DNA of 64,000 nucleotides from Candidatus Poriferisodalaceae bacterium (lineage in GTDB: Bacteria; Actinomycetota; Acidimicrobiia; Acidimicrobiales; Poriferisodalaceae), in assembly GCA_965212125.1 (NCBI GenBank), contig OZ243045.1:1909521-1973520 (forward strand), given 5' to 3'. Positions 10,472-18,737 of this stretch are shown piece by piece (the stretch's first letter is position 1; each line of letters begins with the position of its first letter). The notes beneath the pieces were generated by a model. It did no database searches, was not told where the DNA came from, and saw nothing but the letters and a program-made list of their open reading frames with translations. Position numbers and translations under genes: made by a program.

Positions 10472-11221
10472 GTGGGTATGGGACTAGTAAAGCTGTTTTC
10501 AATACCCGCTGTCGTTGTTCTGTTTGCTGTTGCTTGCGGTGCGACGGAAGCGTTACGCACAGAGGGCGCACCACAAGCTGATGCGGTTGGGCGGCTGGGC
10601 GCGGCTGGGATTGTTGCTGCTGCTGCGCCTGACGTTGAGCCTGAAACCGCTGAGGAGGAGGTTGCTGGGCCTACGCATTCACACGGTGAGGACACGCACA
10701 CGCATGAGGTAGCCGTTGAGGAAGAGGCTGCGCCTGAGCCTGAAGCCGTTGAGGAGGAAGAGGTGGTTGAGCCTGAGACCGATGGTGCGGAGGTTGAATC
10801 CGAAATCATTTATGAAGAGATTGTGGAGCTTGAGGATACTGATTTTGAGGATTTGTGGAACGAGATTGTTATAGGTACAACCGAAGAGGGGTATCCCATT
10901 ATTGATGAAAGCAACAGACCCAGAGTTTGGGATTTGCTTACGGATGATATGTGGGAGTTGACGTATGTTTTCTACGGGGAAGACACCAAAACCACTTCCA
11001 CAATCAGTAGTTCAGGCCCGCCTGGCGGCATCATAATTCCAGAGGGTACCAAAGAGGAAAGGGATGCCTGGTTCAGAGAGCAGGGCGTAGACCCGGATAG
11101 GGTGGTTCATAATCCAATAACTACTTACAAGTTTCCTGCTACTACTACCGAAGCAGAAGCAAAGGCTTGGCTTAGAAAACAAGGCATAGACCTCAGCCTG
11201 GCAAAAATTGCTTACGAGTAG
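10472..11221 (+). CDS. hypothetical lipoprotein with His-rich acidic linker (copy 1)
   Basis: Signal peptide plus lipobox-like LFAVAC. The linker contains THSHGEDTHTHE within an E/A/P/V-rich repeat. The C-terminal domain of about 140 aa belongs to no family I recognise. AGA/AGG/ATA codons are used. The start may be ATG 10478. Confidence 0.7.
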   Translation: MGMGLVKLFSIPAVVVLFAVACGATEALRTEGAPQADAVGRLGAAGIVAAAAPDVEPETAEEEVAGPTHSHGEDTHTHEVAVEEEAAPEPEAVEEEEVVEPETDGAEVESEIIYEEIVELEDTDFEDLWNEIVIGTTEEGYPIIDESNRPRVWDLLTDDMWELTYVFYGEDTKTTSTISSSGPPGGIIIPEGTKEERDAWFREQGVDPDRVVHNPITTYKFPATTTEAEAKAWLRKQGIDLSLAKIAYE

Positions 11222-11245
11222 CTGAGATTTGGCTTCCGTTTTCTG

Positions 11246-13252
11246 ATGCGTCTACGTTTTCTTTTCTATCTTTTTATTGCCGCTCTTGTCGTGTCGGGTG
11301 GGGCGTTTCTGTTTTCTGGCACAGTGGAAGCAGAGCATAGGGAATCTTCTACTTACATACACAGGAACTGGTGGGTGCTACCTGCAACAAACGAAAGAGT
11401 CTGTCATATTCCTGACACTAGCGTGGGCGAGAATGAATGCCACGATGTTTTTGTCCCAGAAAGGAAAGAAACAACCGAATGTGAAGGCAAGGGAAACTGT
11501 GGGCACGGGCCGCCAGAGCCTGGAATGATTTTGGATGTGAGGGAAGGCTGTGGGGATGGAATCTGCGATGGGCACGATGACATTGAAATACCAGGCGAAG
11601 AAAGACTACATTGCCCGACGCCGGGTAAGACACACTTAGATGCTGATGATCCTGAATGTGATAGCGCCCCTCCCCCTCCTTGCGATATGAGTGCTACCGC
11701 TACACATGAAAACAGGTGGGTTGCTGGAAGTTCCACTGCCGGACACACCACCATAAGAGGCCATGGCCCCGAAAGCTTTAATTACTGCAACCACAAGCAC
11801 ACAGACCCAATTGGTGGTGGCGGTATTGAGGAGGAGGTAAGATTTGTTTGTGATGACCGTAGGTGGGATAGGACTGATAGGCACGAGGAACAGGTACGAA
11901 CTCATCCAGGGCACTCTCACGAGTGGCGGAGACATAATGGCTATTGCAACCATGAACACAAACCTGCTTGTAATCGCAGTTTGACAAGCACTCACGCAAG
12001 GGTCGCAATAGAGGATCACCCTAACAACGGAAGACACGGAAATCTAAGTCACAGAAGAAACGACACTTCTTCTGCCTCAGTCAGCACGAGAGTGGGAAGC
12101 AGCTATGGCACCTATTGCCCTCATAGTCATCCCGTTCCGCAGCAATGTTTCCCTGTGAGCGTGGAGCATGCTGCCCTTCCGCGACACGACATAAACGGGC
12201 AATCCACACCTGCTGAGACTGTTATTTGGGCTAGCGACAACGATAGTCAGAACAGCCTTGTTGATCCTACTAAACCTCTTTATTGGGAAGTTAGAGATAA
12301 CCATAACTCCCACGACCACACTTACAATTCAACAACGTTTAAATTTCCGTGTCCTCACAGGCATGGGAAGCCTATTTTGGTTTGTGATTTGGTAGATGTG
12401 GATGATGGTGAGGATTGGGCTTCGGACATTGGGTATCAGTTATCTCACCAAGCTAAGTGGGAAATCCGTGATGGGAAGATACTACGGATAGAAAGGAAAT
12501 GGTCTGGATCGCAGCTAGCAAAGCGCTTATGGGGTAAAAATCCTAGTTTCCTCATAAGGAACGGAGGGGGGTTTGGAAGCGATAATCTAACTGTTTTAGG
12601 AATCCATCAAGATGGTTTGCTGACAGGCGATAGTGGTGGTGATAGCAGCGACCGAACTTTTTTCAACTCTGAGATTACTGAGGTTAGTCCGCATCCCATA
12701 ACTGGCCGCCAGCAAATGCGCTTATCGCACTTAGATCACACAGGCTCATTTCTCGCTGCTAACGGGATAACTTACAGGACATGGGGTGAAGTCGGTTTCT
12801 TATGGCTGGACTGGAACACTCTGTTCGGAAGCGATTGCCCCATCCCGGTGGATCTAATACCACTTCCACCACCCCCGCCTCCTCCACCTCCTCCTCCACC
12901 AGTCTGCAGCCCGTATCACACTGGAAATCATGTCTTCAACGCCTCGTGGTTTCCATATCTCTCATATCTGTTAAATCACACTGAGATAAAGCAACACGAC
13001 GACCAACTCAACGACGGAGTCCTACTCTGTGACCATAAACATCCTCCACCACCTCCCCCTTGCGATGATGCGGATCAGGCTCGCCTTGCAAGACATAAGA
13101 GGCTCGGGCATGTTTGGGATGTAAGTAAGAACCACACTGAAATAAAGAGCCATGGTTGGCTTCATGTGTGTGACCCGTCTCATAACCACACTGTGCCTGA
13201 GTTAGATCCAACTGATCAGGGTAGCGACGTCGAAGATAGCGACCCTTCTTAA
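11246..13252 (+). CDS. hypothetical secreted His/Cys-rich protein with C-x-H-x-H modules and polyproline tracts
   Basis: An uninterrupted 668-codon ORF in about 45-55% GC DNA. The N-terminal signal-like segment is LFIAALVVSGGAFLFSGTVEA|EH. By my count it has 51 His and 22 Cys. No family recognised. Confidence 0.7.
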   Translation: MRLRFLFYLFIAALVVSGGAFLFSGTVEAEHRESSTYIHRNWWVLPATNERVCHIPDTSVGENECHDVFVPERKETTECEGKGNCGHGPPEPGMILDVREGCGDGICDGHDDIEIPGEERLHCPTPGKTHLDADDPECDSAPPPPCDMSATATHENRWVAGSSTAGHTTIRGHGPESFNYCNHKHTDPIGGGGIEEEVRFVCDDRRWDRTDRHEEQVRTHPGHSHEWRRHNGYCNHEHKPACNRSLTSTHARVAIEDHPNNGRHGNLSHRRNDTSSASVSTRVGSSYGTYCPHSHPVPQQCFPVSVEHAALPRHDINGQSTPAETVIWASDNDSQNSLVDPTKPLYWEVRDNHNSHDHTYNSTTFKFPCPHRHGKPILVCDLVDVDDGEDWASDIGYQLSHQAKWEIRDGKILRIERKWSGSQLAKRLWGKNPSFLIRNGGGFGSDNLTVLGIHQDGLLTGDSGGDSSDRTFFNSEITEVSPHPITGRQQMRLSHLDHTGSFLAANGITYRTWGEVGFLWLDWNTLFGSDCPIPVDLIPLPPPPPPPPPPPPVCSPYHTGNHVFNASWFPYLSYLLNHTEIKQHDDQLNDGVLLCDHKHPPPPPPCDDADQARLARHKRLGHVWDVSKNHTEIKSHGWLHVCDPSHNHTVPELDPTDQGSDVEDSDPS

Positions 13253-13425
13253 GACGCACCCCAGACGCGCCTGCCAAACAGTGAGCGTGAGTCATTGCGC
13301 CCTCGCACAGCTGTGTCGTGTGCAAGGCAGGATCGCTGGTTGGTGCCTTAGAGAAAGGGTGCGGTTGAGGGCGAGCCAGCGAATGCCTCACTACAGCCCA
13401 CATCGCCATTCACCTAGCAACCGAG

Positions 13426-13566
13426 TGCGGTGATTGTCAGCGTGGGATTTGCCGTTGGCGGTTGGATTGGTGCGCATTTCGCGGTGCGGGGTGGCGAGCG
13501 TTTGATTCGGCCGGTCATGTTGGTGGCGGTGGTCGCTTTGGCTGGTCGAATGGTCGGGTTGTACTA
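13426..13566 (+). pseudogene. promoterless 3' fragment of a tauE/safE gene (last 47 codons)
   Basis: Colinear with 10287-10428. It starts abruptly in mid-gene, has no upstream ORF in frame, and ends with the same TAG. Confidence 0.8.
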
Positions 13567-13603
13567 GATCGCTGGTTTTTCAGTACGGGTGTTTTTGGTT
13601 TGG

Positions 13604-13609
13604 TACAAT
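13604..13609 (+). promoter_or_regulatory. candidate -10 box TACAAT (copy 2)
   Basis: Same element and same spacing to ATG 13617 as in copy 1. Confidence 0.35.
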
Positions 13610-13610
13610 C

Positions 13611-14339
13611 GTGGGTATGGGACTAGTAAAGCTGTTTTCAATACCCGCTGTCGTTGTTCTGTTTGCTGTTGCTTGCGGTGCGACGGAAGCGTTACGCACA
13701 GAGGGCGCACCACAAGCTGATGCGGCTGGGATTGTTGCTGCTGCTGCGCCTGACGTTGAGCCTGATGCCGTTGAGGAGGAGGTTGCTGGGCCTACGCATT
13801 CACACGGTGAGGACACGCACACGCATGAGGTAGCCGTTGAGGAAGAGGCTGCGCCTGAGACCGATGGTGCGGAGGAAGAGGTGGTTGAGCCTGAGACCGA
13901 TGGTGCGGAGGTTGAATCCGAAATCATTTATGAAGAGATTGTGGAGCTTGAGGATACTGATTTTGAGGATTTGTGGAACGAGATTGTTATAGGTACAACC
14001 GAAGAGGGGTATCCCATTATTGATGAAAGCAATAGAGCCAGAGTTGGTGATTTGCTTACGGATGATATGCGGGAGTTGACGTATGTTTTCTATGGTGAAG
14101 ATACTGTAACTACTGAAACAATCAAAGTACACGGCCCACCTGGCGGCATCATAATTCCAGAGGGTACCAAAGAAGAAAGGGATGCCTGGTTCAGAGAACA
14201 AGGCATAGACCCAGATACTGTGATTCGTAATCCAATAACTACTTACAAGTTTCCTGCTACCACTACCGAAGCAGAAGCAGAAGCTTGGCTTAGAAAACAA
14301 GGCATAGACCGCAGCCTGGCAAAAATTGCTTACGAGTAG
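13611..14339 (+). CDS. hypothetical lipoprotein with His-rich acidic linker (copy 2, paralog)
   Basis: 242 aa with the same signal/lipobox and THSHGEDTHTHE motif. It differs from copy 1 by linker indels and clustered substitutions in the C-terminal domain. Confidence 0.7.
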   Translation: MGMGLVKLFSIPAVVVLFAVACGATEALRTEGAPQADAAGIVAAAAPDVEPDAVEEEVAGPTHSHGEDTHTHEVAVEEEAAPETDGAEEEVVEPETDGAEVESEIIYEEIVELEDTDFEDLWNEIVIGTTEEGYPIIDESNRARVGDLLTDDMRELTYVFYGEDTVTTETIKVHGPPGGIIIPEGTKEERDAWFREQGIDPDTVIRNPITTYKFPATTTEAEAEAWLRKQGIDRSLAKIAYE

Positions 14340-14406
14340 CTGAAATTTAGCTTCATTTTTGTTGCCGACCTGTCTGCTTTAAGCGGCTAGTCCGCCAGCG
14401 GCTATG

Positions 14407-15555
14407 TCAGATGGCTTTTGCCATGGCTGTGATGGCTTGATTGACCATCTCGGGTGAGGTAGCGAAGTTAAGCCGTGCAAAGCCTTTTCCTTCAACTCCG
14501 AAGTCTGGGCCGGGATTAAGCGCAACCCGACCTTTCTCCAGAAAAACCTCAGACGGGTCGTCACCTAACTCCAGCGCGTTGCAATCAAGCCACGCAAAAT
14601 AAGTGGATTGCGGTATGTGATAGCGCACGCCTGGCAAATGCTCAGCCACCAGCTCAGCCACCAAATGGCGGTTGCTGTCAAGGCCAACAAGCAGTTCGTC
14701 CAGCCAAGGCTGGCCATGCTCCCAGCCTGCCACGGTGGCGACTTGGCCCAGCTCGCTGAGGCCACCGATCTTACGCTTCGGTGTTTTCAAAACTGCTGGC
14801 CCGTAACGCTGCGATGCGCTATGAACGAACGCAATCCGGGCGGCCGCCATGTTGAACGACTTGGTGGCAGCGGTAAGAGTGATCGTGCGCTGCGACGCCG
14901 TCTCGCTGCTAGCGGCCACCGGCAGATGCTTGTGTGGGGAGTACACGAGGTCGCAGTGGATCTCGTCCGAAATGATTACTAGGTCGTTCCGCTCGGCAAT
15001 GTCGGCGATGACGCCAAGCTCAGCTTCGGTCATGACAATGCCGCTGGGGTTATGCGGCTGGCACAAAAACAAAGCCTTGACTCCGTCTTGCGCTGCGACC
15101 GACTCAAGGTGATCCAGATCAAGCCGCCAACCCTGCTCGGTTTCTTTCAACGGGTTACGCACAACCCGGCGCCCGTTCTTTTCAACCGACGAATAAATCG
15201 GCGGATACAGCGGCGTCTGCAGCACAATGCCGTCGCCGGGTTCAGTGAGATTGTCAATCGCTAGCTCAAGACCCTGCATCACGTCGTGCACAACGAGGAT
15301 TTCAGCGGCGCTGGTCTGCCACCCGAAAGCGGTTTGCATGCGGTTCACAAAGGTTTCCAGCACCGGAATCGGCTTGTCGTAAAAGTCGTAGCCGAGCCCG
15401 CCAACGGATATTCGTTCGGTCAGCGCTTGTGCGATGCAAGGCGCAGGCTCAAGGTCCATGTCTGCAACCCAAGCCGCCAGCACGCCCGGCCCGTAGCGAC
15501 TCCACTTGGCGCCCGGTCGGTTGACGATGCGTTGCTGGTCAAGTTCAAAGATCAT
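14407..15555 (-). CDS. PLP-dependent aminotransferase class I/II, MalY/PatB-type C-S lyase
   Basis: RPGAKWSRY N-terminal block, LCQPHNPSG, TKSFNMAA (PLP-Lys region). Confidence 0.85.
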   Translation of the reverse strand: MIFELDQQRIVNRPGAKWSRYGPGVLAAWVADMDLEPAPCIAQALTERISVGGLGYDFYDKPIPVLETFVNRMQTAFGWQTSAAEILVVHDVMQGLELAIDNLTEPGDGIVLQTPLYPPIYSSVEKNGRRVVRNPLKETEQGWRLDLDHLESVAAQDGVKALFLCQPHNPSGIVMTEAELGVIADIAERNDLVIISDEIHCDLVYSPHKHLPVAASSETASQRTITLTAATKSFNMAAARIAFVHSASQRYGPAVLKTPKRKIGGLSELGQVATVAGWEHGQPWLDELLVGLDSNRHLVAELVAEHLPGVRYHIPQSTYFAWLDCNALELGDDPSEVFLEKGRVALNPGPDFGVEGKGFARLNFATSPEMVNQAITAMAKAI

Positions 15556-16387
15556 TTGTTTGCCTGTTCTGTTTTGGTTTTGCGTGTCTGATAATTACAA
15601 CCGGGTAGCCGATAAGTGCGACCGCCGCGAATGCGAAGTATTGGAATGTGTAGCCGAGATGCGGGCCAGCGCCCGGGCTTGGTGGCGCCAACGTCTGCAG
15701 GTCGCCTGTTGGCGGTGGTGACGGCGTGGCGGTTATCAGCTCAACGTAGACGGCGGGCAGGAGAGTCTGCGGCGTTTGCGTGTTGATGCGAGCAACGTCA
15801 ACTCTGGCTAGCGAATCCAGCCGACCGGTGGGCGGGTCGGTCGGGCCGAACAAGCCGCGGGTTTGGGTGAGGCGGATGCGGCCCTGCAGATTGGTGGTGG
15901 CGGTTGCGGGCAGGGCGGCGGTTGCGAACTGGGTTAGCTCCAGGGTTGGGTCGTCCGCGTTAGCGATCTCTAGGCAGGTTGCGCTTGCCAGCCAGCCGGC
16001 TATTACCAGCGCGGCGGCGTCTTGCGCGGCGTCAGTTGCGCCGTCCAGCTCAAGCGGCACCGCCAGGTGGCAGCCGCTCAGCCCGCTCAGGCTGCGATTG
16101 CGAATCAAAACCGATTCGCTGTGCGCCCAAGTGCCGTTCAGATCGGCAATGCGCCACTCCAGTTGTTCGGCTGCGGCTGTGGCACCTGCACCCGCCGCCA
16201 GCAACCCAGCCAGTTCCGATCCTCCCAAGACTGGCTCTTGTGCCCGTTCCAAGGTGGCGGTGTTTTTGTCTTGTCTTTCGTGGTGGCGATTTAGCTGCCA
16301 GATCCCGGCGATTATGAAAGCCACCAGCAAGGCGAGCGTCAGCAGATGTCCGAATATCCAGATCGGCGAACGCAAGAAGCCGTACAT
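15545..16387 (-). CDS. SURF1 family protein (cytochrome oxidase assembly)
   Basis: N-terminal TM segment followed by GIWQLNRHHE, and a C-terminal TM segment. This is the architecture typical of bacterial SURF1. Confidence 0.65.
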   Translation of the reverse strand: MYGFLRSPIWIFGHLLTLALLVAFIIAGIWQLNRHHERQDKNTATLERAQEPVLGGSELAGLLAAGAGATAAAEQLEWRIADLNGTWAHSESVLIRNRSLSGLSGCHLAVPLELDGATDAAQDAAALVIAGWLASATCLEIANADDPTLELTQFATAALPATATTNLQGRIRLTQTRGLFGPTDPPTGRLDSLARVDVARINTQTPQTLLPAVYVELITATPSPPPTGDLQTLAPPSPGAGPHLGYTFQYFAFAAVALIGYPVVIIRHAKPKQNRQTNDL

Positions 16388-16401
16388 CGCTGCGACGCTA
16401 A

Positions 16402-18621
16402 CTAGCGGTCTGCTTGGGGCTGTTTGGGGACCTGCCCTGAGATTTGCCCAGCGATCGGCACAGGGCTGATTTGGTCGGCTATCGGAAAATCCAGGACCTG
16501 GCTGAGAAACGACAGCTCGGCCTCGGCCGCCGCGACGATGTTGTGCTCGCTGCGAAAGCCGTGCGCTTCGCCTTCAAACAGCAAATAACAATGCGGCACG
16601 CCAGCCTGTGCTAACGATGCGATGAGCTGCTCGGATTGGGAGGGTGGCACAACTAGGTCTTGGTCGCCTTGCAGCACGAGCATGGGCGTGCGCAAAAGTT
16701 CGCTGCGATAAAGCGGCGAGCGCTTGCGGTAGAGGTCGGTCGCCTCGGGCCACGGACCGACTAGCGAGTCCAGGTAGCGGGACTCAAATTTGTGGGTGTC
16801 GCGCACCAGCGACTCCAGGTCGGCGACGCCGTAGCGGGTCAGACCAGCGGCAAAGATGTCGGTCTCAACTAGGGCGCACAGGGTTGTGTAGCCGCCGGCG
16901 GAACCGCCTTTTATGACCAGCCTCTGGGGGTCTGCCTTGCCTGCCGCTGCTTCGCTTGCCGCCGCCTCGCTGCCTTCGCTCAGATAGCGAGCGGCCGCCA
17001 CGCAGTCCTCCATGTCTGCGACACCCCAGAGCCCCCGCAGCGAGTTCCGATAAGCGGTGCCGTAGCCAGTACTGCCGCGGTAGTTGACGTCTACCACTCC
17101 AATCCCGCGGCTCGTCCAATACTGAATGCCTAAGTCCAGACAGCTGCGGGCGCGCCCGGTTGGTCCGCCGTGGCCTAACACAAGCAGTGGCGGCAGCTCA
17201 TCGGCGGGGCCTTGGTGGGTAGCGCTGGTGGGTGGGAAATAGAACCCGTGAGCGGTTAAGCGGTCTTGCGTGGGGAACTCAATGATCTGCGGCTGCGAAA
17301 CGGAGTGCTGTTTTAGCGGTGCGTTGGTTGGCTCGCTGAGCTGGCGGTGAGTTCCGTCGGGCGATATTTCCACCACGGCTGCTGGCGTCGTCCAACTGCT
17401 GGCGACGGTTACTGCGGTGCCGGCGGGCGTTGTTTCTAGGCGTCCGAACTCGGTGAAACCTGAGTGGACTTCTGTGAGTTGTGCGGGCGCTGGCGTGTTG
17501 GCGGTGTTGTTGGTGTTGTTGGCGGCGGTGCTGATAATGCCGATGTGGCCGATGCCGCGGTCAACCCAGGTGCACCAAAGCCTGTCCGCATCAGGATCAG
17601 GCGCCCACGCGTAGGTCTGATTGGCGAATGTCCAGCTAGGAACGCCGAACTCGATTTGGCTTGTCCAATCTTGGCGGCCGACAAGCCCCGCCGGCGTGTG
17701 GTTCGGCTTGACCTGATGATCAACTCGGACGATGTCCCAAAAAGAGTCACCGTGGCCGTCCGCAGTTTCAGATACCACATGAAGTTGGCCGTCGGGGCTC
17801 CAGCGAGGCTGCTGCAGAGCAAGCCCGTCCATGACAACTCCAGCCGTAGCATCTCTATCCATAGCAGCGCGGCCTTGCTCGGCCGCCGGCTTGTGCGCCG
17901 GCAGGTCAATCACGTGAAGGCGGGTGCTGTCCCACGGCATGTTGGGATGATCCCAACTAATAAAAGCCAGCCGAGTGCCGTCCGGACTCGGCTGCGGTGA
18001 TGCGTAAAAGTCCGCACCCTGCGCCAGCACAACGACGGTGCCGTCAAGCGCAACGGACACGATTTCATTTGCCGGTTGGCCGCCGTTGTTGCCTCCCTGT
18101 TCGCCACCAGCTTGGTGCGTTTCACGCACCCACACGGTCGTGCTGGTGTTCGGAACGAGCGCCGGGTCGGCGTACCGCCACTGCGTCTTTGCATCGGGGT
18201 CGGGCGCCGGTGAGATCGCACGACCGCCGCTGCGGTCAAACAGCCAGATTCGCTGTTGGTCTAGCGCATTGACACCCAGCACGGACAGGTCTGACCCCGA
18301 CTGATTTTGCTTTGCCAGGCTCACCTCCGGCAAGGGCAGCCACGCACCGCCGCCATATTCGTGAACACGCGTATTGACATCGGCCTGTTTCATGTCGGTT
18401 ACGTCACGCGGCTGCGCGTGCGGGTCAGTCAGATCGGCGCAGACCAGAGTGGTGCGGCCTTGATCGGCTGGCCGGCGCTCGGCCCAAACGACCAAGCTCC
18501 CGACCACGCGTGGCTCGCTGCGACTTATCGCTCCGGCCGCTAACTGAGCGGCGGGTAACGGCGATGGCCAGCTGCCGTATGGCTCAGTGATTTTCTCAGG
18601 CGGCGCTTGCTTTTCAGGCAT
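16402..18621 (-). CDS. S9 family serine peptidase (prolyl oligopeptidase / acylaminoacyl-peptidase type)
   Basis: N-terminal beta-propeller-like region and a C-terminal alpha/beta hydrolase with GGSAGGYT nucleophile elbow, DLVVP and EGEAHGF. I chose the start at ATG 18621 (MPEKQ); the track gives TTG 18630. Confidence 0.85.
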   Translation of the reverse strand: MPEKQAPPEKITEPYGSWPSPLPAAQLAAGAISRSEPRVVGSLVVWAERRPADQGRTTLVCADLTDPHAQPRDVTDMKQADVNTRVHEYGGGAWLPLPEVSLAKQNQSGSDLSVLGVNALDQQRIWLFDRSGGRAISPAPDPDAKTQWRYADPALVPNTSTTVWVRETHQAGGEQGGNNGGQPANEIVSVALDGTVVVLAQGADFYASPQPSPDGTRLAFISWDHPNMPWDSTRLHVIDLPAHKPAAEQGRAAMDRDATAGVVMDGLALQQPRWSPDGQLHVVSETADGHGDSFWDIVRVDHQVKPNHTPAGLVGRQDWTSQIEFGVPSWTFANQTYAWAPDPDADRLWCTWVDRGIGHIGIISTAANNTNNTANTPAPAQLTEVHSGFTEFGRLETTPAGTAVTVASSWTTPAAVVEISPDGTHRQLSEPTNAPLKQHSVSQPQIIEFPTQDRLTAHGFYFPPTSATHQGPADELPPLLVLGHGGPTGRARSCLDLGIQYWTSRGIGVVDVNYRGSTGYGTAYRNSLRGLWGVADMEDCVAAARYLSEGSEAAASEAAAGKADPQRLVIKGGSAGGYTTLCALVETDIFAAGLTRYGVADLESLVRDTHKFESRYLDSLVGPWPEATDLYRKRSPLYRSELLRTPMLVLQGDQDLVVPPSQSEQLIASLAQAGVPHCYLLFEGEAHGFRSEHNIVAAAEAELSFLSQVLDFPIADQISPVPIAGQISGQVPKQPQADR

Positions 18622-18701
18622 ATTCACCAAAATTCAACTATTTCGCAACATTTTTGCACCCCGACATAAAAGATCGCCAATTCACAGGTAGCGTTGATGA
18701 T

Positions 18702-18733
18702 GAGAGGGGGGAGTCCCACCACTCCTCCCTCTC
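18702..18733 (-). terminator. strong GC hairpin directly after the xseB stop (no U-tract)
   Basis: 12-bp stem GAGAGGGGGGAG / CTCCTCCCTCTC (one G-U pair) with an 8-nt loop, 4 nt from the xseB stop codon. It is followed by an AT-rich spacer before the peptidase gene. Confidence 0.5.
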
Positions 18734-18737
18734 ACTT

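Larger units (their letters stand above)
10287..11244 (+). repeat. Direct repeat copy A (tauE 3' end, spacer, lipoprotein gene, about 23 nt downstream)
   Basis: Hand alignment with 13426-14362. The 5' 500 nt are near identical apart from in-frame indels, and the 3' half is more diverged. Confidence 0.9.
13426..14362 (+). repeat. Direct repeat copy A'
   Basis: See copy A. The junction with unique DNA on the left is at 13425|13426. Confidence 0.9.

Noticed and set aside
10975-11025. Whether the hypervariable patch between the lipoprotein copies (KTTSTISSS vs VTTETIKVH) is a diversity-generating retroelement target
   Set aside because: The substitutions are not adenine-specific (they include c>t, g>t and a>g along with synonymous changes). 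There is no reverse transcriptase or template repeat in the window.
13008-13409. The 133-aa minus-strand ORF spanning the end of the big gene and the 173-nt spacer
   Set aside because: It overlaps the 3' end of the 668-aa ORF antisense, and it has no motif, SD or partner. I treat it as spurious, although the 173-nt GC-normal spacer itself remains unexplained.
10287-14362. Whether the island is an IS element, transposon, integrative element or prophage remnant
   Set aside because: No transposase, integrase, recombinase, terminal inverted repeats, target-site duplication or flanking tRNA could be found in any frame. Only the direct repeat and the compositional shift are supported.
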